A stretch of DNA of 64,000 nt from Escherichia coli (GCF_016903815.1 NZ_CP069972.1), one strand, 5' to 3'. Shown: positions 39,711 through 50,603, counted from the stretch's first letter. A program made the numbers and translations. Notes: generated by a model from the letters alone, not told the origin.

Positions 39711-39977
39711 TCAGTGACAGACCCGTTCAATTTCAAGCGCGCGGAGCAGGTGGCCCCATTCGCTGACTTTCATGGCGGGGATACGTACCCGCTTCTGCTC
39801 ACTGCAGCGTCTGGCGATATGACCGCCCATCGCCAGGACGTCCGGGTTAATCTCATCCGGTGCCAGTTCCTGGCGTCTGAAGCGGGTATGGCGGTGCAGG
39901 GGTTTGTTCTCCCGCAGGCACTCTTCACGCAGACGCTTTACATACTCGGCGGTTGCGAAGATAATTGATGGTCTCAT
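39711..39977 (-). CDS. Hypothetical protein (88 aa)
   Basis: GGAG 9 nt upstream of ATG 39977 (internal to track ORF 39711..40073). Confidence 0.4.
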   Translation of the reverse strand: MRPSIIFATAEYVKRLREECLRENKPLHRHTRFRRQELAPDEINPDVLAMGGHIARRCSEQKRVRIPAMKVSEWGHLLRALEIERVCH

Positions 39978-40069
39978 GGCATAATCTCCATAGTTAGTGA
40001 ATGAGATGCCGGACTTCCGTACGGGGAAGCGCCAGCGGAGAAAGGCAGGGTTTATCGCCCTGCTTTTTT

Positions 40070-40504
40070 TCATTCCGGACAGCGACGCAGTGCCAGCGCG
40101 AGCGCTTTCATCTTCCAGCCTTCCGGCGTGCGGTACATCACCTTCCAGTAGCCGTCGATGAACACATAATGGAAGCGCACCTCTTCAGTGCTTTCCGTGG
40201 CGATGGCCTCCCTGAAAGAACGGTACTCACGCGCCTCACTGTCCATCCGGAAACCACTGTCACGTCCGTAATAAGCCGTCACACCGTCCACCGGGTTCTG
40301 AAGCGTATGCCCGGCGGGTTTGTCGCAACGGGGACCGAGGCAACGGATATCACCGTGTTCAACCAGGGCTTCGGCCTGCTGACCGGTGGCATAGTGGGTA
40401 TGCAGGATGCGACCGTTCCAGGTCGGCTCACCGTGCAGGTGGCAGTAAACGGTACGGAACACCCCGTCGCGGCAAAAAACGGAAATCGTGCTGCTGACTG
40501 TCAT
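40070..40504 (-). CDS. Hypothetical protein (144 aa)
   Basis: AGGAG before ATG 40504; first gene downstream of repeat A2; His/Cys-containing, no motif recognised. Confidence 0.5.
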   Translation of the reverse strand: MTVSSTISVFCRDGVFRTVYCHLHGEPTWNGRILHTHYATGQQAEALVEHGDIRCLGPRCDKPAGHTLQNPVDGVTAYYGRDSGFRMDSEAREYRSFREAIATESTEEVRFHYVFIDGYWKVMYRTPEGWKMKALALALRRCPE

Positions 40505-40552
40505 GAAAACGTCTCCTTCTGCTGAATCAGGTCGCCGGGCCGACCGGTTGCT

Positions 40553-41055
40553 CCCCCGGAGGGGCGAAAGCCCCTTCTGCCGTCCACTTCTTCGGGGTTT
40601 CTCCCCGCAGTGGACCTTTCCGATGGGGCAGCGACTGCCACGGCACGGGGCAGTTGTCCGGGGGCAGACGCAAAAGTTTTTGACGCTTGCGGCAAAAAGT
40701 TTTGTGGCTGGTACATCTCTCCCCTGGACGGCTGAAACGTGTTGTGGCCGCTTCAGCCCCCGGAAAGTCCACAGCGGGGAAACAGGCCGCAGGGGGGGCG
40801 GCGGAAGGGCAGACAACTGCGCCATCAGGCGCAGTTTCCTTACACACCGTCAGGTGTGCAGGGAGCGCAGGTCACGGCGCGACAGAGGCGGCGCGACCGG
40901 AACGGTCGCTGCAAGCCTGGTTTTTCAGACATCGGACCGTAGCGGCAGCCCGAAACCGCGCCAGCGGGTTCGGCGGAGACTGGCGGGTGCGCCAGCAGCT
41001 GCCTGTCGGAGTCGGGCCTGACGACCGGATGCCGCCAGGCAGCCGGGAGCCGAAG
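40553..41055 (-). repeat. Family-A repeat, copy 2 (Frpo/ssi-like)
   Basis: ~500 bp; near-identical blocks shared with copies 1 and 3. Confidence 0.6.
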
Positions 41056-41236
41056 GGTGTCCCCGCCCCCGGGAGTCAGAACAACAGAAACGACAAAACA
41101 GAAAAATGCCTCACACTATGACAGGCAGGAAGGGTAGCGCCGCAGGCGCGGCCCTCCTGTATTTCAGGCAGGCGTAAGCCTGCCAGGGTTTTCCGGGGGC
41201 CTGGCAGGCCATCCCCCCGCCGGAGCGGGGAGTAAA

Positions 41237-41737
41237 TCACCGACGGAACACATGACCGTCAATAAAGGTGAAGGAGTCCAGGAATAAATCCCGCGCATAC
41301 GCCTCATAGTCAAAATAGAGCGCCACCGTCTCCGGCACGTCAGCCAGCAGGCCGGTATCACTGACGAACTCAACCGCAAAAGCCTCCTCACTGTCAGCCT
41401 CGCCCCACCAGGCATCGCGGAAGCTGTCAAAATCCGTCTCACCGGTATCATCCACCCAGAGACGATAAGCCTCTTCGCAGCCTTCATCCCGCGCCTGGCG
41501 GAAGCCTTCAACCCAGGCCCAGTTGATATGGCATTCAGAGGCCATATTCCCCGGGAATCCCTCATAATCCTGAAACATCAGTTCCGGGTCGGTTTCATCC
41601 TGGTGAAGGGCACGGCAGGCGGCGAAAAAGTCGCGTTCATCATCAAACGTTGTCAGGTCAAACCAGCGGCCAGCGATGCTTCCACAGTTGTATTTGTGCC
41701 AGGTTCCAACGTATACAGCAGGTGCAACAACAGACAT
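41237..41737 (-). CDS. ardA: ArdA antirestriction protein (166 aa)
   Basis: MSVVAPAVYVGTWHKYNCGSIAGRWFDLTTFDDERDFF..., acidic; matches ArdA as I recall it; ATG 41737 internal to track ORF. Confidence 0.9.
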   Translation of the reverse strand: MSVVAPAVYVGTWHKYNCGSIAGRWFDLTTFDDERDFFAACRALHQDETDPELMFQDYEGFPGNMASECHINWAWVEGFRQARDEGCEEAYRLWVDDTGETDFDSFRDAWWGEADSEEAFAVEFVSDTGLLADVPETVALYFDYEAYARDLFLDSFTFIDGHVFRR

Positions 41738-41761
41738 TCCCGAATCCTCCATAGTCACATG

Positions 41762-42095
41762 TTCTGCGACACCGGGCGGTGCCGTGCCTCCATCTTTGCC
41801 GGGCCTGCAGGGATGCAAGGGCGCAAGGGAAGCCGCAGCCCGACGCACACGGCTGGCGGGAGTTGGAGGGTGAGACCGCGAAATCTGAGCGGGTGAACGA
41901 CCGGAAAATCACGGCAGACGGGAAGGAGGGACCGGGTGACCGCAGCGGTTCATCTTACCTTGCATCCCGCCCGCAGAAGCCCGGCTACGATGGAGGCACG
42001 GCACAGCCCGCACACGACACGGCGGCCACATAACTGAAAACCCACAAGGCCATGCCCCGCATGGCCGGGTAAAAGCGGAGCCGGCGGCGACGTCC
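41762..42095 (-). repeat. Family-B GC-rich structured repeat, copy 1 (Frpo/ssi-like), upstream of ardA
   Basis: ~335 bp near-identical to 51055-51387. Confidence 0.55.
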
Positions 42096-42198
42096 TTATT
42101 CCGGCGAGAGCAGGGAGCACACCGCATGATCTCCAGACCACCCCTGGAACGAAACGATCATGACCGGCATGTCCCTGCGTAAAATATACATGCCTGGT

Positions 42199-42795
42199 TC
42201 ACCGGAGAATATCTGTGATATCCACAAGTTTTCTGTCGCGCAGCCAGTCCTGCGCTTCACGCACCACACAACTGTCCGGTTTCACCGCTTTCAGCGATGA
42301 TGCCAGTCGCTTGATCAACATCACCAGTTCCCGTGTCTGTATGTCCGGCATTGTCTCCGGCGGAGCAGGGGGACTCTCATTTCCGACGCTCATCCCATGC
42401 GCTTCCAGTGTGGCACGGACAAACCAGGCGGCATCGACCAGTTGCTGTCCAATCCAGGCCAGATCGGCATTTCTGTCACGGGCTGCCATTCGCTCGCCCG
42501 ACAGCGCCTTGCTGATATGGCTGCGCACCAGATTATCCAGGAGTGCCTGCGCTTCTTCCGGTGAAAAGCCACCTGGTATCTCTGTGCGCAACAGCCCTTT
42601 CCTGTACAGAAGCTGCAGCAGATCAACCTGCGACCGCACAGCAACTATCAGTACATAACGGACAACATTCGCACTGGCAGTGGTTTCTGTATCATTCAGC
42701 AGTTCTTCCGGATCGTTCCCCCCGGTGTTGCAGAGCAACGGCAACAGAGGTCGCATCCACGCGGGAACCTGGTATTTTTCGTCTGATTTCATCAT
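42199..42795 (-). CDS. Hypothetical protein downstream of psiA (~198 aa)
   Basis: Start adjacent to psiA stop (operon-like); no motif recognised. Confidence 0.45.
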   Translation of the reverse strand: MMKSDEKYQVPAWMRPLLPLLCNTGGNDPEELLNDTETTASANVVRYVLIVAVRSQVDLLQLLYRKGLLRTEIPGGFSPEEAQALLDNLVRSHISKALSGERMAARDRNADLAWIGQQLVDAAWFVRATLEAHGMSVGNESPPAPPETMPDIQTRELVMLIKRLASSLKAVKPDSCVVREAQDWLRDRKLVDITDILR

Positions 42796-43511
42796 ATTAC
42801 GTTCTCCAGCTTGTTCGGGATCATCCACTGCTCAAGTGCACGTACCTGTACCGGTGCACCACGACCGGCCTCACCGGCTTCAAAAATCAGCCGCCAGAGT
42901 GGTTCCTCCTGCCAGAAAAACCGGTCAAATGATGACAGTGATGGAAAACGCCCGCACCACCCCCAGAAAATCGTTTCCAGATCATGCTCCTCAACAACAC
43001 CAGACCAGCGGGACAACCAGCTTCCGACCGTGGCGGGAGTATGAAACGCAAGGTCAATCTGCGCCTGAGCAAAACATGTCTGGTATTCCAGTTCCCGTCG
43101 TTCTGCCTCACGTTCCCGCTGGCGGCTGTATTTCTGCTCTGTCAGCGTGGTTTTCTGACGACGACGCTCACCTTCACGAAAAGGCACGGACGGGAACAGA
43201 CGGTGCCCCGCATCGGATGGCAGGGGAAGAACACAGACTTCCCCAAAACTTTCAATCAGTTTATCCACGGCAGCCAGCCACAGGAGACGGTTGCCATGAA
43301 ATTCCTCCTTCGTCAGCGCAGGGGCAAAAAAGCGGAGATCGGTCAGCGAAATCCGGCGACTGCCATTCAGGCAGCGAAAGAAAGCGGTGGCATAAGGCCA
43401 TGCTGAAAGTGTGCGTCCCTGACGACGACGTTGTTCTGTGACAGCCACCGCCTGCATGGCGGCCTGTTGTTCTGCGCTGAGGGGGATCAGTGCCCGTGAA
43501 CGTGCGCTCAT
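42792..43511 (-). CDS. psiA: PsiA (239 aa)
   Basis: [22 protein letters not shown]...; overlaps psiB stop; psiB-psiA order as in F/ColIb. Confidence 0.85.
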   Translation of the reverse strand: MSARSRALIPLSAEQQAAMQAVAVTEQRRRQGRTLSAWPYATAFFRCLNGSRRISLTDLRFFAPALTKEEFHGNRLLWLAAVDKLIESFGEVCVLPLPSDAGHRLFPSVPFREGERRRQKTTLTEQKYSRQREREAERRELEYQTCFAQAQIDLAFHTPATVGSWLSRWSGVVEEHDLETIFWGWCGRFPSLSSFDRFFWQEEPLWRLIFEAGEAGRGAPVQVRALEQWMIPNKLENVI

Positions 43512-43945
43512 GCCTGACCTCCTTCTGCCATCAGGATATGGATGATGTCGTTAACACTGTATCCCTGCGCATCCAGTGTCGCGGCAAGCGCCAGCGTGTG
43601 ACTGATCGCGACAGGCGTGAAGATATGTTGCACCTGAACGACGGCGAAAGGCTGTCCACCACCATTCACCAGAACCAGCATCCAGAGCTGAGAGACGTCT
43701 CCCGGCGAACATAATGCCAGGTGGAAACGTTCGTGGGCTGGCGTGAAACGAACCTGGACGGGGAAAAAGCCCCCGAACTCACTGCCATACTCTCCGTTCA
43801 TCACCCAGTTAGCCGGTGCGTCCACTTCACGCATCACCTCGTGAGTGAGATTACGGCGCATATCGCTTCCCGCAGCACGGATATCTTCATATTCCTGTGC
43901 GTTCATGGACTGCAGGGCATTCAGGGTCAGTTCAGTTTTCATCAC
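43508..43945 (-). CDS. psiB: PsiB, plasmid SOS-inhibition protein (145 aa)
   Basis: [28 protein letters not shown]... closely matches PsiB as I recall it. Confidence 0.9.
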   Translation of the reverse strand: MMKTELTLNALQSMNAQEYEDIRAAGSDMRRNLTHEVMREVDAPANWVMNGEYGSEFGGFFPVQVRFTPAHERFHLALCSPGDVSQLWMLVLVNGGGQPFAVVQVQHIFTPVAISHTLALAATLDAQGYSVNDIIHILMAEGGQA

Positions 43946-43996
43946 GGTATCTCCCTTGCTGCCGCCCCGTCTCCGGCGGGGCGGTGTGGTTGTTCA

Positions 43997-45961
43997 TCAG
44001 GCGGCATCAGCCAGGTTAGCGGTGTGTTCAGTGGCATCCGTCTGTGGACGTGGTGCACACATCCAGCCAGGCACCCAGCGGTTGTCTTTCATATGGAACT
44101 CTGCATGTTCAGCCGCATCGCCTTTCTTCATTTTCTCCGCGTCCCGTGCGGCACCGGACAGTCCGGCCTCATTCAGGGCTGCGATAATCTGCGGCTTTTT
44201 CAGGTGTCCGAAGAAGTTTGCTTTTGTCGGCTGCCACCAGTCGCGCATGTGAAAGCCGATGGCGGTTTCCAGCGAGTCCAGCGGACTGCGTGACGTGTGA
44301 CCACACTCGCGGGTCTGGACACCGTTAAGACTGCACGCGGTACAGAAACTGAGCAGGGATAACAGCACCTCCTGGCTAAGTGACAGGAACGTCGTCATAT
44401 CCCGTTCCCATCCTTCCGGCAGCAGGGCAGCAAAACGAGAGTGTTCTGCCATCAGCGCCATGAATGCGGCACCTTCCTTCCCTGACGGTGCATCGCTGGT
44501 CAGCGCATAATGCTCACATTCCAGGCGAATTCTGGCGGGACTACTATGCGCTTTGCTGTCAAACACATTCAGGCAGAGCGTCCATGCCAGCAGTGCCAGG
44601 GATTTGTCCGGTTGCTGCATCAGTGCTGCCTGGACTGCCAGCGTGCGCTCTGAGGTCAATTTAGTCAGCAACGGCAGACTAATTTCCTCCACTGACGCGC
44701 TCTCCAGCCCCTGTTCCGTGCGGTCAGCGTCGTCAGCCACATCATCCTCACTGCGCAACTGCACACCACGCTGGATACACACATTACCGTAACGCCAGGA
44801 CACCACCACGCCACTTCCGGCACGCATCTCCGGCGTCCACGCCCTGACCTTCGCCATGCAGTCAATCAGCTTCATTTCTGCTGCCAGCAGGTCAGATTCC
44901 TCACACTGGTTTTCCAGCGAGTCGTAACGAGCCATCAGTTCGTTCAGACGTTCGTCTTCCGCCTCCGTCAGCACCGCTTCCGGCTCCGGCAGGTTGCGGT
45001 ATGCCCGGGCATCTTCACGGCACTCACCGACAGGCTCCATGCGTCCGGCGCACCATTCCCAGCCTTCGGCTTCCCGAAGGAACTCTGCGACAGCCTGGAG
45101 TTTTTCCAGCAGGGCGGCATCGAGCGCCACGCGGTCGACATAACCGTCCCCGTCATCGCTGAACAAATCGGTGCGCAGTTCGTCTGGCGAGAAGGCATCA
45201 GCCCCCACGAAGCGGAATTTACTGTTCCCCGCCACCGCCACTTCACTTTCGGTCACCAGACGACGAATGGTCTGTACTTCCGGTTTACCGCCCCATCCCG
45301 ACTGGCAGGCGGCTTCAAACACCTGCACCTGACGCGCGGTGTCGTTCTCCAGCGCCAGCGCCTGACAGTGCTCTGTGGTGATGCGGTCTTCTGCCAGCGC
45401 ATCGAGGATAACCGGAGCAAGGTCTGCCAGTTTCAGCATTCGCTGAACGTGGCGGGGTGAATAGCCCAGCAAATCACCGATTTGTGCAGGCGTTTTGCCT
45501 TCCTGCGCCATTGCGCGGAATCCGGCAATCTGTTCGGCAGGGTGCATATCCCGACGCTGACCGTTCTCGGTCATCGATGCGGCAGTCGCCAGCTCCTGCG
45601 GAATGACCTTCACGCGTACAGGCCAGTCAGCCGGAAGGATGTTGCGCTCTGCCAGCATGTTGAGTGCTGCCAGTCGGCGACCGCCTGCGGCGACAGCGTA
45701 ACGGTCACCAGGCAGGGTATGCACGACCAGATTCTGCAGCAGTCCGACGCCCTTAATGGACTCCGCCAGTTCGCTGACGGACTCCGCAGAATACGGCACC
45801 GTGCGCACATTCAGCGGTGATTTAATCAGCGAGGCCAGCGGCACGCTCACTTCCTCCGTCTGCGCCAGCAGGGCAGACAGGACAGTTTCCTGCGTTTTTA
45901 CAGATTTACGGCTTGCTTTGCGGGTGGTTTCTGGTTCACACTTCGTTACAGGCATAATCAT
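43997..45961 (-). CDS. ParB/Srx-like nuclease-domain protein of leading regions (654 aa)
   Basis: N-terminal ParB-like domain (GLLQNLVVH...AGGRRLAA); long acidic C-terminal region; between psiB and ssb. Confidence 0.75.
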   Translation of the reverse strand: MIMPVTKCEPETTRKASRKSVKTQETVLSALLAQTEEVSVPLASLIKSPLNVRTVPYSAESVSELAESIKGVGLLQNLVVHTLPGDRYAVAAGGRRLAALNMLAERNILPADWPVRVKVIPQELATAASMTENGQRRDMHPAEQIAGFRAMAQEGKTPAQIGDLLGYSPRHVQRMLKLADLAPVILDALAEDRITTEHCQALALENDTARQVQVFEAACQSGWGGKPEVQTIRRLVTESEVAVAGNSKFRFVGADAFSPDELRTDLFSDDGDGYVDRVALDAALLEKLQAVAEFLREAEGWEWCAGRMEPVGECREDARAYRNLPEPEAVLTEAEDERLNELMARYDSLENQCEESDLLAAEMKLIDCMAKVRAWTPEMRAGSGVVVSWRYGNVCIQRGVQLRSEDDVADDADRTEQGLESASVEEISLPLLTKLTSERTLAVQAALMQQPDKSLALLAWTLCLNVFDSKAHSSPARIRLECEHYALTSDAPSGKEGAAFMALMAEHSRFAALLPEGWERDMTTFLSLSQEVLLSLLSFCTACSLNGVQTRECGHTSRSPLDSLETAIGFHMRDWWQPTKANFFGHLKKPQIIAALNEAGLSGAARDAEKMKKGDAAEHAEFHMKDNRWVPGWMCAPRPQTDATEHTANLADAA

Positions 45962-46013
45962 CCCCTTATAATTGCTTATGTCCTGCCGGACGTTCGCGCG
46001 TCCGGCACCTCTC

Positions 46014-46247
46014 TTACTTAAGAATCCCGAAATCCCTGATGTACTGGTTCATCCAGTACCCGGCACAGTCCTCAAAATTCCAGGAGCGCCAGATCAACGT
46101 GCCATCCTGACGGACAACCAGGCGAAAATGCGTTCCCTGATCATCCTCGATAAAGACGTTCCGGTACTGTGCGGCAACGGCTTCCGCCTGTTCGCGGGTA
46201 AAGGAGCCGTCCGGCAGTCCCTGAAGTATTCTGAAATATTCGCTCAT
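46014..46247 (-). CDS. Hypothetical small protein (77 aa)
   Basis: GGAG 8 nt before ATG 46247; between ParB-like gene and ssb. Confidence 0.4.
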   Translation of the reverse strand: MSEYFRILQGLPDGSFTREQAEAVAAQYRNVFIEDDQGTHFRLVVRQDGTLIWRSWNFEDCAGYWMNQYIRDFGILK

Positions 46248-46304
46248 CCTCATATCTCCGGTGATGCCCCGCACAGGGCGGGGCGGTTGTCACAGTCAGC
46301 CCGA

Positions 46305-46832
46305 TCAGAACGGGATGTCGTCTGAAAACCCGTAATCCTCCCCCTCCGGCGGTTGCGGCTGAGGCTCTGGCTGCGCGGCCTTACGTCCACGGCCTTTCGT
46401 TTTCGCGCCACCTTTTTTCGTCGCGTCAGCACTCTGTGGCTGCCCATTCTGCTGAGGCTTCGGTTGCGCCTGAGCGTTCTGCTGTGGTGCACGTCCCAGC
46501 ATCTGCACGGTGCCCGTGGTCTTAACAAGAATTTCAGTGACGTAACGGGTGATACCGTTATCTTCCCAGCTACGGGTGCGAAGCTGACCTTCGATGTAGA
46601 CCTGCGCACCCTTGCGCAGATATTCACCTGCCACTTCCGCGAGCTTGCCGAACAGCACCACGCGGTGCCATTCCGTCTGCTCCCGCATCTCCCCCGTCTG
46701 TTTGTCACGCCAGCTTTCTGATGTGGCCACCTGCAGGTTTGCCACTGCGCCCCCGTTGGGGATGTAACGGACTTCCGGATCATTGCCCAGACGCCCGACG
46801 AGGATGACCTTGTTGATACCACGTGCACTCAT
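46305..46832 (-). CDS. ssb: Plasmid single-stranded DNA-binding protein (175 aa)
   Basis: OB-fold N-terminus [18 protein letters not shown]; Q/P-rich linker; acidic C-terminal DDIPF tail. Confidence 0.9.
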   Translation of the reverse strand: MSARGINKVILVGRLGNDPEVRYIPNGGAVANLQVATSESWRDKQTGEMREQTEWHRVVLFGKLAEVAGEYLRKGAQVYIEGQLRTRSWEDNGITRYVTEILVKTTGTVQMLGRAPQQNAQAQPKPQQNGQPQSADATKKGGAKTKGRGRKAAQPEPQPQPPEGEDYGFSDDIPF

Positions 46833-46897
46833 AAGAACCTCCTGACTGAAAGATGTGAGATAAACCGGATACCGGCGACGGGACGTTCATGTGCCCC

Positions 46898-47400
46898 TTC
46901 AGAGGAGCGAAAGCTCCTCCTGCCGTCCACTTCACAGGGGTTTCTCCCCGCAGTGGACCTTTCCGATGGGGGCCCGTTTACCGCCTCACGGGGCAGCTGT
47001 CCGGGGGCGGACGCAAAATTTTTTGCCGGGTTCATGGCTAAAAATTTTGTGGCCGGTGCATCTCACCCTGGACAGATGGAACGGGAGGGGGTTACGTCTG
47101 CCCCCCGGAAAGTCCACAGCGGGGAAACAGGCCGCAGGGGGGGCGGCAGGAGGGAGGACTGCTGCGCCATCAGGCGCAGTTTCCTCACACACCGTCAGGT
47201 GTGCAGGGAGCGCAGGTCACGGCGCGACAGGGGCGGCGCGACCGGAACGGTCGCTGCAAGCCCGGGTTTTCACGCATCGGACCGTAGCGGCAGCCCGAAA
47301 CCGCGCCAGCGGGTTCGGCGGAGACTGGCGGGTGCGCCAGCAGCTGCCCGTCGGAGTCGGGCCTGACGACCGGATGCCGCCAGGCAGCCGGGAGCCGAAG
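46898..47400 (-). repeat. Family-A repeat, copy 3 (Frpo/ssi-like), upstream of ssb
   Basis: ~500 bp near-identical to copy 2; right edge is where the intron begins. Confidence 0.6.
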
Positions 47401-47406
47401 TGGGCG

Positions 47407-49747
47407 GTGCGACAGGAAGTCGCTTAACGTATTGTTTTACATTGATAAAACCAGCTATCCCATTAGCTGTAGCCTACCGGGACAGGCGTTGCCGGCAACG
47501 GCGGGGTCTGAAGCTCCCGGGACAACGAGAGCCGGGCGTCAGCCCGGGTAATGCCCCGTGAGGGGCTTTACCTTGCTGCAAGCATCATGCGGCAGGAGAG
47601 CAAGGCTGGTCAGAAGGGTTAACACATGTGAACTGTTGATAAACACCGTTATCGGCAACAGGCCAAAGATGCTGACAGGCCTGAACCAAAAGGTACGGGG
47701 TCCGGTTGCTACCTCGCGCACAGGGAGCACATGGGCGCAGAGACCCCCGGTGAAGAGACAGAACCCGCCCTGACCCTCTGTATGTTAAGCGGAACCTGGT
47801 AAACCCGTATCGCTGCCTCACAGGCAGGTGAACCGCAAGGAACACTGTTAGCGGTGCGGGCATAGGAGGACGGAAAAAGCGAATGCCCGGCTGTAATAAC
47901 CGGGATACGGGGCAGGTTCCCCGACGCGAAAGCGGGCAGACTTCCGTCTGGTCTTTAATTGCATGAAAAGCTGTAAAGCAGTCAAAAGGATATCAGCGAG
48001 ATGAATACACACATCAGTGTGTCCACGATACCCCACCCGACAGGCTGGCACACCATAAACTGGAAAGCATGCCATGCCCGGGTGCGAAAGCTACAGTTAC
48101 GGATTGCAAAGGCAACCCGACAGCAACAATGGCGGCAGGTCAGAGAACTACAGCGCATCCTCACCCGCTCATTCTCCGGCAAAGCCGTGGCTGTCAGGCG
48201 TGTAACTGAAAATACCGGTAAAAGGACACCCGGTATTGACGGAAAAATATGGCACACACCGAAGGAGAAATGGGAAGGAATATGCAGCCTGAATCTGTGT
48301 GGTTACAGGCCACAGCCACTACGGCGAATACATATCCCAAAATCAAACGGCAAAACGCGACCGCTGGGCATACCCACAATGAGGGACCGGGCCATGCAGG
48401 CACTGTGGCTGCTGGCTCTGGAACCCGTATCCGAGACCACTGCTGACCATAACAGCTATGGTTTCAGACCAATGCGCAGCACGCATGACGCCATTGAGTC
48501 CATTTTTCTGCGGATGAGCCAGAAAGTATCGCCCAAATGGATACTGGAGGGCGATATTAAAGGGTGCTTCGATAACATCAGCCATGACTGGCTGCTTTCC
48601 CATATTCCGATGGACAGGAGACTGCTTAAAAAATGGTTGAAAGCAGGTTACATGGAAAGAGGCGTGTTTAACCATACGAACAGCGGGACACCGCAGGGAG
48701 GCATCATATCCCCTGTTCTCGCCAACATGGCTCTGGACGGACTGGAGAAGGAACTGATGCAAACGTTCAGGAAAAGTGGTTATCACAGTGCAAAGCACCA
48801 GGTGAATTATGTGAGATATGCTGATGATTTCATCTGTTCAGGCAGCTCCCGTGAATTGCTGGAAAATGAGGTCAGACCACTGATTGCAGCTTTCATGCGC
48901 GAACGAGGGCTGGAACTGTCGGAAGAAAAAACAGCGATCACACATATAGATAAAGGCTTCGACTTTTTAGGGCAGAACGTCAGGAAGTACAACGGTAAAA
49001 TGCTGATTAAACCGTCGAAGAAAAACCTGAAGAACTTCCTCTGTAAAGTCAGAGAAATAATTAAACGCAATCCGACGCTCCCGGCATGGAAACTGATAGG
49101 CCAGCTAAACCCGGTGATCCGGGGATGGGCTACCTATCACCGACACGTCGTGGCGAAAGAAACATTTAATTATGTCGACACCCAAATCTGGCGAGCTATA
49201 TGGCGATGGTGTGTAAGACGGCATCCCCGGAAAGGATTGCGGTGGATCGCCGGACGATACTTCTCCTTTGAAGGCAGGCGCTGGATCTTTAAAGCCATAA
49301 CCCCGGAAGGGAAAATTCTGACACTCTTCCGGGCAATGGAAACACCGATAAAGCGCCATATAAAAATCAAAGGCGAAGCAACACCATACACCCCCGGAAT
49401 GGAAATCTACTTTGAACGTCGTCTGGATCTAATCTGGAAAGGCAAATCAAAGAAGATGAAGACAGTAGTTCAACTCTGGAAGAGGCAGGGGAAACACTGT
49501 CCGCAGTGCGGACAACTCATAACCAACCAGACCGGATGGAATATACATCACCGGATCAGGAAAGTTATGGGCGGCAGTGACGAACTGACCAATCTCGAGT
49601 TGTTACATCCGAACTGCCACCGACAGTTACACAGCAGGGAAGCCGGTGCTCACCGAAAGCACTTATAAAGGCTTGAGCGGAGTGCGGGGAAACTCGCACG
49701 CTCCGTTCTTAGGGGGCGGCGGCGCAGCAATGTGCCGCTGCTACCCG
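47407..49747 (+). mobile_element. Group II intron (boundaries approximate)
   Basis: 5' GTGCG at 47407; ORF in domain IV; domain V-like 34-nt hairpin 49675-49708; domain VI-like stem to ~49747. Confidence 0.8.
48001..49668 (+). CDS. Group II intron-encoded reverse transcriptase/maturase with HNH endonuclease (555 aa)
   Basis: RT motifs incl. YADD; maturase X region; C-terminal HNH (HCPQCG...HHRIRKVMGG...HPNCHRQLH). Confidence 0.9.
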   Translation: MNTHISVSTIPHPTGWHTINWKACHARVRKLQLRIAKATRQQQWRQVRELQRILTRSFSGKAVAVRRVTENTGKRTPGIDGKIWHTPKEKWEGICSLNLCGYRPQPLRRIHIPKSNGKTRPLGIPTMRDRAMQALWLLALEPVSETTADHNSYGFRPMRSTHDAIESIFLRMSQKVSPKWILEGDIKGCFDNISHDWLLSHIPMDRRLLKKWLKAGYMERGVFNHTNSGTPQGGIISPVLANMALDGLEKELMQTFRKSGYHSAKHQVNYVRYADDFICSGSSRELLENEVRPLIAAFMRERGLELSEEKTAITHIDKGFDFLGQNVRKYNGKMLIKPSKKNLKNFLCKVREIIKRNPTLPAWKLIGQLNPVIRGWATYHRHVVAKETFNYVDTQIWRAIWRWCVRRHPRKGLRWIAGRYFSFEGRRWIFKAITPEGKILTLFRAMETPIKRHIKIKGEATPYTPGMEIYFERRLDLIWKGKSKKMKTVVQLWKRQGKHCPQCGQLITNQTGWNIHHRIRKVMGGSDELTNLELLHPNCHRQLHSREAGAHRKHL

Positions 49748-49946
49748 ACCAATAAAAGACAGCCAGAAACGGTGACAGTGTCACGGAATATCACACCTGT
49801 TCCCTGCATACAGCCATACACTACCTTCTGACCGGAAAGCCGGGCCGGCAGCGCCGCAGGCGCTGCACCCCGCGTTTCCGGCAGGCGTCAGCCTGCCAGG
49901 GGTTTTCGCGCGGGCTGACAGGCGGCCTCCACCGCCTGCCCCTGTA

Positions 49947-50138
49947 TCACCTGTTTCTGCTGCCCTGAAGGATGTAGTGACCGCCCAGGAAAACCGCCTG
50001 CTGATTCGCCACAAAATCGCAGATTTCATCAACAATCTGCGCGGTGGTGAGCGGTTTCTGCCCCATTTCACGACGCCGCGCATTAATCACGGCCCTGTAA
50101 TTACGCAGAATTTCGCGGGTTTCTGTGCTGATATTCAT
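49947..50138 (-). CDS. Hypothetical small protein (63 aa)
   Basis: Start overlaps stop of upstream ORF (coupling); 3' end runs into the repeat flank, so it may be truncated. Confidence 0.3.
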   Translation of the reverse strand: MNISTETREILRNYRAVINARRREMGQKPLTTAQIVDEICDFVANQQAVFLGGHYILQGSRNR

Positions 50139-50557
50139 GACATCGTCTCCCCGTCCAGCGCCTGCAACACAACGTCCATTGCTTCGAGTTCCTCCCTGAC
50201 GAATGCGTCACCGTCGCCCCCGTTCTCACTCCCGACGGCATACAGGCGCTTCATTTCACTACCTGCCAGCGCCATCACTTTTTCCAGCATCACCGCCGGG
50301 ACTGTCACATGACGGCTGGCGCGCTTTTCTTCCATCAGTTCATTGACAATATCGGAAACAACTCTGTCACATGCGCCATATACAAAAGCATCGTCCAGCC
50401 GCTGCATGACGGTTTCCAGCTCATCGTCTGACAGGTTCCAGTCCTGGGCTATGTGACGCACATCCCCACGGGTCAGCACCACGGCAAAAACGCATTCACT
50501 GTCCGGCACGTCTGTATCCAGTACATCGCGGATGATTTCTTTAACAGTACAGTACAT
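50135..50557 (-). CDS. Hypothetical leading-region protein (140 aa), paralogue of 52260..52694
   Basis: Shared blocks with the 144-aa ORF (LSD[DH]E.[IE]TV...RL[DE]D; VTVPA); downstream of klcA-like gene. Confidence 0.5.
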   Translation of the reverse strand: MYCTVKEIIRDVLDTDVPDSECVFAVVLTRGDVRHIAQDWNLSDDELETVMQRLDDAFVYGACDRVVSDIVNELMEEKRASRHVTVPAVMLEKVMALAGSEMKRLYAVGSENGGDGDAFVREELEAMDVVLQALDGETMS

Positions 50558-50603
50558 GTTCTCGTCTCCTTTACAGGGGCGGCATTGCCGCCCCGTCCGT
50601 TAA

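Noticed and set aside
40488-41121. Track ORFs inside repeat copy A2 (40488..41021 +, 40687..41121 +, 40527..40847 -)
   Set aside because: Same reasoning: artefacts of a structured non-coding repeat.
46891-47427. Track ORFs inside repeat copy A3 (46891..47427 +, 46953..47366 +)
   Set aside because: Same reasoning.
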